Part shown: one piece after another, positions 36,953 to 47,938 of the stretch
Layout of the letters: every line of letters starts with the position of its first letter
Numbering within the stretch: the stretch's first letter is position 1
Source of the DNA: Acidobacteriota bacterium
GTDB taxonomy: Bacteria; Acidobacteriota; Thermoanaerobaculia; Multivoradales; JAGPDF01
Assembly: GCA_045862895.1 (NCBI GenBank)
Contig: BTUO01000006.1
Location: 1-64,000, forward strand
Length of the DNA stretch: 64,000 nucleotides
Reading direction: 5' to 3'
Translations under genes and position numbers: made by a program
Notes under the pieces: generated by a model
The model's input: only the letters and a program-made list of their open reading frames with translations
What the model was told of the DNA's origin: nothing
Databases searched by the model: none

Positions 36953-37960
36953 TCAGTCGCCTTCGAGCCAGTCCGAAGCCGCTCTGCTGCGCACGAACTC
37001 GATGCGCATCATCGGCTGCCACTCGCCGTCGGCGAGCCTCTCGGTGATCGCGACGTAGCGATCGTCGCCGTCGCGGGTCCAGCGGCTGCGCAGCGTCGTG
37101 GTGCGGCCGCCCATCTCGACGATCTCGTCGGGAAAGGAGAGTCCGTCGGCGGTCGGGTGGATGGCGCCGCGCACGACGCCGCCGGGGGAGTTGAAGTAAG
37201 TGAACTCGATCTGGCCGGCCGCCGAGTTCCAGCCGATCCAGGTCTCCCCCTCGTAGGGACCGGCGCCGTCGAGAACGCGGTGACGGCTGCGCAGCCAGGT
37301 GCCGCCGTAGCGCCAGTCGTAGCAGACGTGGTCGCGGGTCTTGCCGTCGGCAAACGTTCCCATCCAGCACGAACCGGCGAGCCAGTCGAGGGCGGCGAGC
37401 GGCGATTCGGCGGCCGGCCCGGCGGCGGTCACGCCGTCGTCGCGGACTTCGCGCCGGTAGACGACGGTCAGCGCTTCGCGCCACTCGTCGCCGTCGCGGC
37501 GCTCGCGCGTCACGCGAAAGGAGTCGGCGTCGAGGAGGTCCCAGAGACTGCGCGTCGCGGATGCGGTGCCCTCTCCTTCGTCCGTCGGGGGGAAGACCAG
37601 CCGCGCCCCCTCGAAGTGAGCCTCGGCGCGGCCGATGTGTCCGCTGCTCGCCCAGTAAGAGTAGACGAGGCGCTCGCGCGCGGCATCCCAGGCGAAGACG
37701 CTGTCGCCCTCGATCGCGCTGTTGCCGGTCGCGCTGCCGGCGTGAATCTCGATGGTGCCGCGCAGGAAACGGTCGTACTGCAGCGCGTAGCACTGGCGAT
37801 CGGTGGCGCGGCCCTCGGCGTCGGTACCGGTCCAGCACGAGCCGGCGAGCCCGGCGAGCCAGCCGAACGGGGCGAGCGGCGGGGCGGCCGGCGGAGTGGA
37901 GGCCGGGGCGGTGGCCGGGGCGAGCGACAGGGCGAGGACGAAGATCGCGTGGGCGCGCAT
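36953..37960 (-). CDS. secreted protein with internally duplicated ~150-aa domain (L-x-WLAGSCW-x-GT...CY...Y)
   Basis: Signal peptide. Two copies of the same Cys-containing domain are readable. Confidence 0.55.
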   Translation of the reverse strand: MRAHAIFVLALSLAPATAPASTPPAAPPLAPFGWLAGLAGSCWTGTDAEGRATDRQCYALQYDRFLRGTIEIHAGSATGNSAIEGDSVFAWDAARERLVYSYWASSGHIGRAEAHFEGARLVFPPTDEGEGTASATRSLWDLLDADSFRVTRERRDGDEWREALTVVYRREVRDDGVTAAGPAAESPLAALDWLAGSCWMGTFADGKTRDHVCYDWRYGGTWLRSRHRVLDGAGPYEGETWIGWNSAAGQIEFTYFNSPGGVVRGAIHPTADGLSFPDEIVEMGGRTTTLRSRWTRDGDDRYVAITERLADGEWQPMMRIEFVRSRAASDWLEGD

Positions 37961-37990
37961 CGTCGGAGTCTACCCAGACGACCGCCGCGG

Positions 37991-38809
37991 TCAGGCGGCG
38001 CCGAGGACGGCGCGGGCGTAGAGCAGCGCGAAGCCGTGTCGCTGGACGTTCGCCTGCGACTGTGAGCCGGGCGCGGTGGTGACCACCGCGAGATCGCAGC
38101 CGTGACGCGCTGCGTCGGCGAGGCGGGCCGCGAGCAGCGCGCGCTGGACGCCGCGGCGGCGGAAGGCCGCGAGCGTCGTGGCGCCGCAGAGCTGGGCGAT
38201 GCCGCGGTCGAACCGACAGCTCGCGGCGCCCGCCGGCACGCCGTCGACCCGGGCGAGGTAGTGCTCGAGCCCGGGGGCGCCGCCGAAGTCGTCCATCACC
38301 TGGCCGAGCGCGTCGCGCGGCAGCTCGTCCTCGGCGGCGCCGGTGCCGTCCGGCGCGGCGAAGCCCTCGACGGCGACCTCCCGCCAAGCGGCCTCGTCCT
38401 GCGGTCCGCCGGTGCGCGCGACGACGATCCCGGCAGCGGGTTCGCGCGCGGCGAGGTCGCTCGCGATCCGAAGTCCGAGGACGTGCTCGAAGGCTTGCAG
38501 GGCGAAGCCGCGCGCGGAGAACGCGGCGAGGATCGACGGATCGACCAGGGTCGAGATCTCGGCGCGGGCCGGCTCGCCGCCGGCGCGGGCGAGCTCGAGG
38601 ATCGCGTCGACGTCCGCGGCACCGACCGGGCCGGCGAAGCCGAAGCCGATCGCCTTGTTCATGGGCGAATGAGCGCGGGCGAAGGCGGCGACGCCGCCCG
38701 CGAGCTCGAGGACCCGGGCGCCGGGATCGGGAATGGAGCGGACGATGCCGGCGGTGAGCGCGGCCTCGGCGCTCTCGATGCGCGCGGCCACGGCGAGGTC
38801 GGCGAACAT
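37991..38809 (-). CDS. GNAT family N-acetyltransferase
   Basis: C-terminal acetyl-CoA-binding motif (RRRGVQRALLAARL...GCDLAVV). Confidence 0.65.
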   Translation of the reverse strand: MFADLAVAARIESAEAALTAGIVRSIPDPGARVLELAGGVAAFARAHSPMNKAIGFGFAGPVGAADVDAILELARAGGEPARAEISTLVDPSILAAFSARGFALQAFEHVLGLRIASDLAAREPAAGIVVARTGGPQDEAAWREVAVEGFAAPDGTGAAEDELPRDALGQVMDDFGGAPGLEHYLARVDGVPAGAASCRFDRGIAQLCGATTLAAFRRRGVQRALLAARLADAARHGCDLAVVTTAPGSQSQANVQRHGFALLYARAVLGAA

Positions 38810-38904
38810 CCGCCGATCCTAACCGGCGCGGCAGGCGAAGCGATCGCCGGGGACCGTCCTGGATGCGGGCGCTGGCCGCGCGGACCGTCCCCGGCGCGGC
38901 GGGA

Positions 38905-41213
38905 TCAGAAGCGCAGCACGGCCTCGAGCCCGAGCTGACGCGGCTCGTTGGTCATGCCGGTCAGGTTGTTGAAGTCGATGCCGTTCTGGACGATCTCCTC
39001 GTCGAGCAGGTTGCGCGCGAAGGCGGCGAGCTCCCAGGTGCCGGCGGGGAACAGGTAGCCGAAGCGCAGACCGAGCTCGAGCGAATCGCCGTTGAACTCC
39101 TCGGACTCATAGAGGAAGAAGCTCTTCTCGCTCTGGTACGCCCAGTCGACGCTGCCCGAAAAGACGCCGTCGCCGACCGGCCGGCGGTAGTCGACGATGC
39201 CGTTGAAGATCCACTCGGGCGCGTGCGGCAGCGGGTTACCGTCGACGCGCGCCAGCCCCCCCACGATCGGGTCGAGCACCGTGCAGCCGCCGCCGCACGG
39301 CGCCACCGCGAGGTTCGGGTCGTCGATCTCGGTGTGGTTCCAGCTGGTGCCGAGCGTGATCAGCCAGCCCGAGCCCGGCATCCAGTCGAGATCGGCCTCG
39401 AATCCGTAGCCGTTGGTGGTGTCGGCGTTGAGCAGGGTGGCGGTGTTGAACTGGCCACCGACGGCGACCAGCTGCTGGCCGTCGACCTCGAAGGTGTAGC
39501 CGGCGAAGTTGAGTCGGAGTCGCCGATCGAGCAGCTCGGTCTTCACGCCCGCCTCGATCGAGAAGATCTCTTCCTCGTCGGCGATCGATACGCAGTTGGT
39601 CGCCGGGTTGGTGCCGCCTTCGAAGTCGGCGCAGAACAGGATGCGACCCTGGATCGAAGGGGCACGGAACCCGGTGCCGACGCGGCCGTAGAGGTTGACG
39701 TTGTCGTCGAGCGCGTAGGTCGCCGAGAGATCCCAGGTGACGAGGTCGGCATCGGTCGAGGCGCGGATCGGCGCGACGGTCGGCGTCTGGAAGGTCGGAT
39801 CGGGGCGCTCGGCGGCGAAGTCCTTCTCGTCGGTGGTGTAGCGCAGGCCGGCCTTGAGCGTCCAATCTTCGGTCGGCCGCCAGTCGACCGAGCCGAACAG
39901 TGCCCACGACTGTGCGTCCTGGGTCTGGAACGCGAAGCCGTCCTGCGGATTGCCGGGAGCGAGGCTGTTGAAGCTGTAGGTTTCGGCGGTGAGGCTCTCG
40001 TCGAACCAGAAGAAGCCCGCGAGCCAGTCCCAGTCGCCGCCGTCGTCGCTCGCCAGGCGCAGCTCCTGCGTGAACTGGTCGAGGTCCGGAATGCCGTCGG
40101 CGCTCTCGGACGGGAACGGGATGAATCCGGGACCGAACGGCGGCGCGAACGATGCGCCGAAGCCGCCGTCGATGTCGCCTCGGCTGAACATGTTCGTGAT
40201 CGTCTCGTAGCCGGTCACCGAGGTGAGCGTCGCGTCGCCGAAGTCGTGCTCGAGGCGCAGGACCGCGCCCTGCGACTCGATCTTCTGTTCGTTGCGGCCG
40301 TCCTGGAAGACCTCGTCCTGCTCGAAGCCGGTGACCAGGTCGTCCTCGCCCGACTTGAGGATGTTGGCGCGGAAGATGCGCGCGGTGCCGTCGACGTCCC
40401 AGCCGTGGAGGTTGAGCAGGGCGGCGAAGTCGTCGTTGGGCTGCCACGCGAACTGCAGCCGCCAGGCCCAGGTGTCGTGGCCGCCGAGCGCGTCGTCCTC
40501 GCCGGTGAATCGGTTGTCGACCCAGTCGGCCTGCGACTGGTAGAGGACCGACAGGCGCGCCGAGAGGGATTCGGTCAGGCCGCCGCCGACCGCGGCCTCG
40601 AGGTCGATGCTGTCGAAGCTGCCGTAGGAGGCGCGCACGCTGCCGTCGAACTCCGAGGTCGGCTTGCGGGTGTCGAACTTGACGATGCCGGCCGGGGTGT
40701 TGCGCCCGAACAGCGACCCCTGCGGCCCGCGCAGGACCTCGACGCCGTCGAGGTCGAAGAGCGGCATGCCCTTGACGACGGGATTCTCGAGCACGACCTC
40801 GTCGACGATCATCGAGACCGGCTGCGAGGCGTTGAGGTCGAAATCGGTGTTGCCGAGGCCGCGGATGTAGAAGCGCGGGAAGGCGCGGCCGAACGACGAT
40901 TCGAGGGTCAGGCTCGGTACCCGGCCCGCGAGGAACTTGACGTCGGCGCCGCCGGCGGTCAGCAGGTCGAGCTTCTCGGCGTCGAGCGCGGTGATCGAGA
41001 CCGGCACCTCCTGGAGGTTCTCCTCGCGCTTCTGGGCGGTGACGACGATCTCGTCGAGGACGACCGCCGGCTCGCCCTCCGGCGCGGCCTGGGTGGCGGG
41101 CGTCTCCGGCGGACTCTCCTGGGCGCCCGCCGGCACCTGGGCGACGCCGAGCAGGCCGATGGCGACGGCGATCATCGAGCGGACGAACGCGGCGGGGGTC
41201 GAGTGGACGACCA
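38905..41213 (-). CDS. TonB-dependent outer-membrane receptor
   Basis: Signal peptide. Plug region with DEIVVTAQKREENLQEVPVSITAL. The terminal beta-strand ends in RF. Confidence 0.85.
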
Positions 41214-41306
41214 TGGAATCCTCCTCGGAAAAGTGGCGGCAGTGTAGCACCGGGGTCGCGCGGCGACGACGTGGCGGCCTCGACCTCGCGAGGCTACACT
41301 CGCGTG

Positions 41307-41975
41307 ATGCGTGAATCCTCCGTCGCCCGGCGCCGGGCTGCTCGATCGCACGGGCGCCACTCGTGGACCGGCCTGGTCGCGGTCGTGGCGCTGGCGGTTC
41401 CGGTCGCTGCGGCCGCTGCCGATCGCGCGGCCGAAGCGGAACGCCTGCTCGAGTTGCTGCGGCTCGAGCCGGGCCTCGCGGTCGCCGACGTCGGCGCCGG
41501 CAAGGGGGACTGGACGGTCGGGCTCGCGCGCGCGGTCCGGCCGGGGGGACGGGTGTGGGCGACGGAAGTCGACCCCGAGCTGGTCGACGCGATCCGGGAG
41601 CGTGTCGGTCTGGAGGAGCTCGGGCCGGTCGAGGTGGTGCTCGGCGCCGAGCGCTCGACCGGACTGCCGGCTGCGTGCTGCGACGCGATCCTGCTGCGCC
41701 TCGTCTACCACCACCTGAAGGAACCGGCACCGATCCTGGCCGACCTCGCCCGTGCGCTGAAGCCCGGGGGGCGAATGCTCGTGATCGAGACGGTTCCGCA
41801 GAAGGACTGGCGGCGACTCGAAGGAGTCCCGGAGCGGGGCGGGCACGGTATCGCCCGCGAGCGACTGATCCAGGAGCTCGCTAGCGGAGGTTTCGAGGCG
41901 GTCCAGGTCGTCGAGGCGTGGAACGAAGACCCCGAGCGCTACGCCGTGCTGTTCCGCGAGTCGACGGTCCCCTGA
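41307..41975 (+). CDS. class I SAM-dependent methyltransferase, secreted/periplasmic
   Basis: Signal-like N-terminus, then the motif I segment VADVGAGKGDW. Confidence 0.7.
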   Translation: MRESSVARRRAARSHGRHSWTGLVAVVALAVPVAAAAADRAAEAERLLELLRLEPGLAVADVGAGKGDWTVGLARAVRPGGRVWATEVDPELVDAIRERVGLEELGPVEVVLGAERSTGLPAACCDAILLRLVYHHLKEPAPILADLARALKPGGRMLVIETVPQKDWRRLEGVPERGGHGIARERLIQELASGGFEAVQVVEAWNEDPERYAVLFRESTVP

Positions 41976-42110
41976 GCTCGGCAAGCGGCGCGGCGGCGCT
42001 GCGGGACGCGCTGGCGAGCGATTCCGGAGGAAGGTCGGCCGGACGCCGCCGCGCCCTGCCCGTCTCCTACGCAGGCGAGGACGCGGCGGATCTCCCGGTG
42101 CCCCGACGGC

Positions 42111-43145
42111 TCAGGCCGCGTGCAGGTCGGAGAAACGGATCAGGCGCCGGCGCTCTTCGTCCCAGAGCTTGAGACGGGCGCACTTCAGGCTCTCGCGGAA
42201 AGTCAGCCGCGGCGCGCGCTGCAGCAGCGGGCTCGACTCGTAGCACTCGCGCAGCCGGTAGTTCGGCACCTTGGCCGCCAGGTGGTGGATGTGGTGGTAG
42301 CCGATGTTGCCGGTGAACCAGTGGAGCAGGCGCGGCAGGTCGTAGAACGAGCTGCCCTCGAGCGCCGCGCGGTCGGCGTCCCAGCCGTCCTGACGCTCCC
42401 AGTAGGCCTCCTCGAACTGGTGCTGGACGTAGAACAGCCAGACTCCGGCGGCGCCGGCGATCACCAGGATCGGCAACTCGACCGCGAGCAGGGTGCGCCA
42501 ACCGAGCCACTCGAGCAGCCCCCAGCCGATCAGGCCGATCGCCAGGTTGTTCCACAGCACGCTCGCCCACTCCTTCTTCCAGGCGAACGGGATGTCGAAC
42601 GGGAAGCGGTGCTTGAGGATGAACTGGTAGCTGGGGCCGATCAGCAGCAGCACCGGAGCGCTGCGGTAGACGCGATACCCGAGCCGCTTGTACCACGGCC
42701 GCGCCAGGTACTCGCGGACGGTCAGCGTGCGCACGTCGCCGAACTCGCGGCGATCGAGGTTGCCGGAGGTGGCGTGGTGGATGGCGTGGGTCTTCTTCCA
42801 GTAGCCGTAGGGGAACAGGGTGATGACGCCCAGGAAGGCGCCCACCATGTGATCGAGCTTGCGGTTGGCGAAGAACGAGCCGTGCCCGCAGTCGTGCTGG
42901 ATGATGAACAGCCGGACGTAGAGCCCGGCGGTGACGACGGCGGCCGCGAGCGTCCAGGCGTAGGCGCCGCCCGAGGCGACGTTCCACGCCATCAGCGCCC
43001 AGCCGGCGGCGAAGGCGAGGAGGGTGCTCACGAGCTGCCACCAGGCCCGGCCGTGCTGCGGACGGGCGAAGCGCGTGACGAGCTGGCGGAGTTGGGCTTC
43101 GGTGGCGGTCGCTGGTGCTGGCTGCGGATTCGGGTTCTCGGTCAA
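42111..43145 (-). CDS. membrane fatty-acid desaturase
   Basis: His boxes HDCGH, HAIHH and HHIHH. The antisense 1372-aa ORF was rejected. Confidence 0.85.
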   Translation of the reverse strand: MTENPNPQPAPATATEAQLRQLVTRFARPQHGRAWWQLVSTLLAFAAGWALMAWNVASGGAYAWTLAAAVVTAGLYVRLFIIQHDCGHGSFFANRKLDHMVGAFLGVITLFPYGYWKKTHAIHHATSGNLDRREFGDVRTLTVREYLARPWYKRLGYRVYRSAPVLLLIGPSYQFILKHRFPFDIPFAWKKEWASVLWNNLAIGLIGWGLLEWLGWRTLLAVELPILVIAGAAGVWLFYVQHQFEEAYWERQDGWDADRAALEGSSFYDLPRLLHWFTGNIGYHHIHHLAAKVPNYRLRECYESSPLLQRAPRLTFRESLKCARLKLWDEERRRLIRFSDLHAA

Positions 43146-43637
43146 TCGTCCTCCCGTCGAACCCGTTCATTCTATCCGACTTCGCCGCCCCGGCGCACGC
43201 CGCGGCGCGGCCGGAGCCGCGGCGACTCGGTGTCGCCGCGAGCCCCGGCACGGCGAGGCCCCGCCTCAGGCGAACAAGCGCGCGGGGTTCGCGATCGTGC
43301 GGCGCGCCTCGATCGCGAACGCCGCTCCGCGGCGGGAGACACGGCGTGCTTCGCGACGAAGGCGGACGCGACGTCGGGCTCCGAGGTCGGGATCCAGCAG
43401 GTACATGAGGCCGGCGCCGAGGGCGGCGCTGCCGAGGGCGGCGGCGAGGGTCGAGGCGTGCTTCATCTGGGCTCCTTTCGGGTCGCGCCGGCGAGGCGCT
43501 GCTCGAGAAACTCGCCAGCGAGACTCGAAGGGAGCAAGCGCCGTGCCTCCCGCGCCGGGCCGTCCGCGCCGCGTCGAACGCCGGGGGGCGCGACGCGGAC
43601 GGTCCTCGGCGCGGAAGTTCGCAGAAAGTTCCGCGGT

Positions 43638-44711
43638 TCAGTTCTCGACGCCGAGCTTCGCGAGCTCGCCGCGGATGCGTGCGTGCTGCGGCTCGGGCGC
43701 CATGGCGAGCGCCTTGCGGTAGTTGGCGATCGCCTCCTGCTTGCGGCCGGCTGCGGCCTGTCCTTCGGCCAGGCTGTCGTGGACGTTCCACGATTCCGGA
43801 TGCCGGCGGACGTTCTCCTCGAAGGTCGCCACCGCTTCCGCGGTCTTGCCCTGGCCGAGCAGGGTGTAGCCGTACTGGTTGAGCTCGGCCTCGGTCGCGC
43901 GCACTCGGGCGGCGTCGAGGATCGCCTTGGCCTCGTCCGGCTTGCCCTCGAGCTCGAGCAGCTCGGCCTGGGTGCTGCGATTGGTGAAGTTGTCGTTCAT
44001 CGAGATCGAGCGCTCGACCCACTCGGTGGCCCGGTCGAGGTGGACCTTCTGGCCGAGAGCGTAGCGGGCGGCGTCGTTCCAGCGCTGCCAGAAGAACTGC
44101 GGCGCGCCGTGCAGCTGGAGCCGCAAGCTCTCGACGACGAGGTCCGGCGTGTCGACCTCGAGCCGGAACGGGACGCGCAGCTCCGCCCAGCGCAGCGCCG
44201 CGGTCACCGCGCGATCGCCCGGGTCGTCGAAGGAGTACTGGAGGAACTCGACGAAGGGCGCGGCCTCCGGGCGCACCGGCACCCGCAGCGCGTCGTCGGC
44301 CGCGTCGTAGCTGAAGCTGCCCCAGTTGGTCGAGATCTTCGAGACGATCAGCGTCCAGCCCTCCTGCGCCGGGATCATGTGCAGACCGTAGCTGCCGGCG
44401 GGGAGCTCGTGCCCCTCGAGCCGGAAGCGGGTCGAGGCCGTGAGCACGGTGTTCTCGTTGGCGCCGGCGCGCCAGACCTGCCCCCACGGCACCAGGCCGC
44501 CCCAGACCTCGCGGTCACGGACCGCCGGGCGCGAGTAGTTGATGTCGAAATCGGTCAAGCCGACGCGTTGCGTGACCGAGGCGGCCGGACTCGGCCGGGG
44601 CAGGCTGAGCGGGGGTCCCTGGGCGGCGGCGGGGCCGGCGCTCGCGGCGGCGAGGGCGACGGCGGCGGCGAGCGCGGCGACGGCGGACGATCGGCGGATG
44701 CGTGCGATCAC
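43638..44711 (-). CDS. secreted DUF2911-domain protein with C-terminal TPR repeats
   Basis: Signal peptide. DUF2911-like beta region (WGGLVPWGQVWRAGANE), then TPR helices. Confidence 0.65.
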   Translation of the reverse strand: MIARIRRSSAVAALAAAVALAAASAGPAAAQGPPLSLPRPSPAASVTQRVGLTDFDINYSRPAVRDREVWGGLVPWGQVWRAGANENTVLTASTRFRLEGHELPAGSYGLHMIPAQEGWTLIVSKISTNWGSFSYDAADDALRVPVRPEAAPFVEFLQYSFDDPGDRAVTAALRWAELRVPFRLEVDTPDLVVESLRLQLHGAPQFFWQRWNDAARYALGQKVHLDRATEWVERSISMNDNFTNRSTQAELLELEGKPDEAKAILDAARVRATEAELNQYGYTLLGQGKTAEAVATFEENVRRHPESWNVHDSLAEGQAAAGRKQEAIANYRKALAMAPEPQHARIRGELAKLGVEN

Positions 44712-44875
44712 GGTGCCTCCTGTTGTCCCGGGTCGGGAAAGGGTCTGGTGGAAGTACGTGCGCGCCCGCAGCCGGGGTTGCGCGGAGGGACGACGCGGGC
44801 CTGCGGCGTTTCGAATCCGGTCCGAGCCTCGGAGTCAGTCCGGGATCCGGACGGGCTCGCAGTGACCTCATTCCT

Positions 44876-44894
44876 TGTTTTCAAGCGTTTACGG
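44876..44894 (+). promoter_or_regulatory. conserved 5' element TTGTTTTCAAGCGTTTACG, ~110 bp upstream of DUF11 paralog 1
   Basis: A near-identical element, TTGTTTTCAGTGGTTTACG (47832-47850), lies 107 bp upstream of paralog 2. Confidence 0.45.
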
Positions 44895-44985
44895 TGCTTC
44901 CACGATCGGCACCGTGATTGCCCTTCCCGATACTCGATGGCGGGCCGGAGCCCGCCGCGGTTCACAAACGATGGAGGAAGGGACG

Positions 44986-47565
44986 ATGAGAAACAACGTG
45001 AACGCGCGTCGAGTGGCGCTCCTCGGGCTCGCCGGACTGCTGGCTTTCGGGCTCGGGCCGGCCGCAGCAGGTACCGCGCCGCAGATGCCTCCAAACGACA
45101 CCGCACCGGCGCCGCTGTGGCTCGAGGCGTCGGCGACGCAGGTGGTCGAGGGCGAGAGCTTCGAAATCGACGGGCACCTCGGTTTCGCGGTGCCCTACGA
45201 ACTGACCGTCGAGCTGAAGTTCGGCGGCGACGTCGGCGGCAAGGACGTCGCCCCGGCGCCCGCGACCCTGGTCTTCGCCAAGGGGGAGCTCTTCGCCTCG
45301 GCGACCCTGACGGCCACCGAGGATGGCGAGATCGAGGCGGTCGAGACTCTGGTCCTCGCCGTCGACGACCCGCGCGTCGTGCTCCGACAGAAGCAGGCCG
45401 TCGAGATCGCAGACTCGGGCACGGTCCTCACGACCACGGGCTCGACGGTGCCCTCCCGGTTCCCGTGCGGCGAGAACCCGAAGCTCTCGATCGCTACCGA
45501 CACCAAGTTCGTCGCCGAGGGCGGCGGCGCGGCGACGGTGACGCTGACGCTCGCCGAAGCGGGCTGCACCGATCTCTCCTATCCGATCGTCGTCGCGGGC
45601 GACGCGGATGCTTCGGAGATCCTGGTCTCGGCCGGCAGCTTCGAGCTCCCGATGGGAGTCACCTCCGCTTCGATCGTCGTTTCGGCGGTCGACGACGCCA
45701 GCGACGAGCCACTCGAGGCGATCGAGCTGCGGCTGGCGCCGACGCCGGAATCCGACCTCGAGGTGGGCGTCACCCTCAACCTTCTCGACAACGACGCGGA
45801 CATCGCGCTCGCGAACCTCTCGGGTCCGCCACGGCTGGTCGCCGGCGAGCGCGTGCAGTTCCAGATCGCGGTGATCAACCCCGGACACAAGGAGCTGACT
45901 TCGGTGCGTCTGGTCGAGACTCCGATGGCGGGCCTGGTCGACGTCGAGTGGTTCTGCTTCGGCAAGAGCGGCGCCGAGTGCCCGGAGAAGGGCGTCGGAT
46001 TCGTCGACCTCTCGGCGTCGATGCCGGCCTTCTCGGCGATCGTCGTGCTGGTCGACGGCCTGGTGTCGCCGGCGCAGCGCGACGCGCTGAACCACCAAGC
46101 CTCGGTGACGATCGACGACGGCACGTTGTCCGATCCCAACCCGGGCGACAACTCCGCCTTCGCCACCCACGCCGTCGAGGTCGTCGCCGACCTGGCGCTC
46201 GAGCTCGCCGTCGGTCCGTGGGATCCCTCGGCCGCTGAGCCCACGCTCACCTACACCGCCACCGTGCGCAACCTCGGCCCCTCGGACGCCTCGGGCGCCG
46301 AGCTGACCAGCCCGCTCGCGGCGCATCTCGCCTGGTCGGACGGCGATCCGGATTGCCTCGCGACGCCGGAATCCGTGAGTTGCACGGTCGGCGCGCTGGC
46401 CGCCGGTCAGTCGATCGGCCTCGACCTGGTGCTCTCGGTCCTCGAGCCCTATCCGTCCTACACCCTTCAGGAGGTCTGGCTGTCGCCGAGCGATCCCGAT
46501 CCCTCGCCCAAGAACGACGAGGCGTTCCTCGACACCAAGCTCGACATCGTCGCTCCGACGATCGAGGAGATCGTCGCTCTCGGCGATCGCTCGAACACGC
46601 CCCTGGGTGCCTGCAGTCAGCTCGTCGAGACTCCGGTCCGCCTGAACGTCCGCTTCGACGAACCGATGGTGGCCGCCGAGGGCGACGTCCGCGACGGATT
46701 CCGCCTCTACCGCCCGGGTGCCGACGGTGATTTCGAGCTCGAGTCCTGTGGAGACGGCGGCTTCGCCTTGCCCGTGACCGACGACATCGAGGTCCAGATC
46801 CTCGGCGTGCAGTGGAACGAGGAGGCGACGGCGGTCGAGCTGTCGCTCCGCCAGGACCGCGCGATCGACGTCCCGGGCCCGTACCGACTTCTGGTCTGCG
46901 GCTCGCTCTCCGATCGCGGCGACAATCCGCTCGACGGCGACGGCGACGGCACGGGTGGCGACGACGCGATCGTCGGCTACCGGGTCGACGCGGGCAACCT
47001 GGTTCGCAACGGCCATTTCGACTGCGGCCTCGACGGCTGGACCGCCGTCGCGCCGTCGCCGGAAGACTGGACGCTCGGCGAAGACGCGAGCGGCAGCTCG
47101 ATCTCGCGCTCGGCCCGGATCGACAACTCGGCGGCCTGGCCGTCGGTCGGCGCCGGACAGTGCGTGGAGACCGGAGGGGCCAGCCAGATGTCCCTCGAGC
47201 TTCGCCATCGGCTCTCGCCGGTCGTTCCCGACAAGGGCGAAGAGATCGTCTCCGGCGGACTGGTCGAGGCGTCGGTCGACGTCGCTTGCAGCTTCTACGC
47301 CGCGACGAGCTGCACCGAAGCCCTCGCGGGGGCGACCGGGATGGCGTCGCAGTCCGGTAGGACCGCGCCGACGGGCTCGTCGTGGTCGACCTACGGCGTG
47401 AAGCTCCAGGTTCCCTGGGGCGCGCAGTCGGTGCTCTGCACGGTCGCCGCCACGGGCGAGCTCCTCCCCTTCGTGCTCGAGATCGACCAGGTCCGGATGC
47501 TGGCGGTGGAGTGGAGCCCCACGGCCGGCCCGGTGGACGAAATCGGAGGAGCGTCCCTCGACTGA
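44986..47565 (+). CDS. large secreted DUF11/Calx-beta-like repeat protein with C-terminal CBM4_9-like domain
   Basis: RBS GGAGGAAGG. Signal peptide. DUF11-type repeats (...LDLVLSVLEPYPSYTLQEV...). The C-terminal ~185 aa start NGHFDCGLDGWTAVAP. Confidence 0.75.
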   Translation: MRNNVNARRVALLGLAGLLAFGLGPAAAGTAPQMPPNDTAPAPLWLEASATQVVEGESFEIDGHLGFAVPYELTVELKFGGDVGGKDVAPAPATLVFAKGELFASATLTATEDGEIEAVETLVLAVDDPRVVLRQKQAVEIADSGTVLTTTGSTVPSRFPCGENPKLSIATDTKFVAEGGGAATVTLTLAEAGCTDLSYPIVVAGDADASEILVSAGSFELPMGVTSASIVVSAVDDASDEPLEAIELRLAPTPESDLEVGVTLNLLDNDADIALANLSGPPRLVAGERVQFQIAVINPGHKELTSVRLVETPMAGLVDVEWFCFGKSGAECPEKGVGFVDLSASMPAFSAIVVLVDGLVSPAQRDALNHQASVTIDDGTLSDPNPGDNSAFATHAVEVVADLALELAVGPWDPSAAEPTLTYTATVRNLGPSDASGAELTSPLAAHLAWSDGDPDCLATPESVSCTVGALAAGQSIGLDLVLSVLEPYPSYTLQEVWLSPSDPDPSPKNDEAFLDTKLDIVAPTIEEIVALGDRSNTPLGACSQLVETPVRLNVRFDEPMVAAEGDVRDGFRLYRPGADGDFELESCGDGGFALPVTDDIEVQILGVQWNEEATAVELSLRQDRAIDVPGPYRLLVCGSLSDRGDNPLDGDGDGTGGDDAIVGYRVDAGNLVRNGHFDCGLDGWTAVAPSPEDWTLGEDASGSSISRSARIDNSAAWPSVGAGQCVETGGASQMSLELRHRLSPVVPDKGEEIVSGGLVEASVDVACSFYAATSCTEALAGATGMASQSGRTAPTGSSWSTYGVKLQVPWGAQSVLCTVAATGELLPFVLEIDQVRMLAVEWSPTAGPVDEIGGASLD

Positions 47566-47938
47566 CGCGACTCCGACTCCGGTCCGTCCCGCGGCGGCGG
47601 GGCGCCGGCGGCCGATCCGGTCGCCGGCGCTTCGCCGCCGCGGTGTGTCAGGCGCCGGGGGCGGGAGCCAGGAAGCTGCGACCGTGGGCTGCGGCGGACT
47701 CGGGGTTCTCGACGCCGGCCGGTCGAGAGGGACCCTCCGGACCCGGGAGCGGCGCGCGGCGACCCTCCATCGCGGGTCCGGGATTCGGACCGAGTCCCGG
47801 ACCTGGACCGACTCGATTCGACACTTCGGATTTGTTTTCAGTGGTTTACGTCCCTATGCGGGCCGGCATCCCACTTGCGCTTCCAGTGTGCCGACGGGGC
47901 GGATCCCGTCGCAACCCCGTCCACTGGAGGAGCCGAAA

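Noticed and set aside
43266-43466. 66-aa minus-strand ORF between the desaturase and the DUF2911/TPR gene
   Set aside because: Arg-rich, low-complexity translation with no RBS or conservation cues. Likely non-coding spacer.
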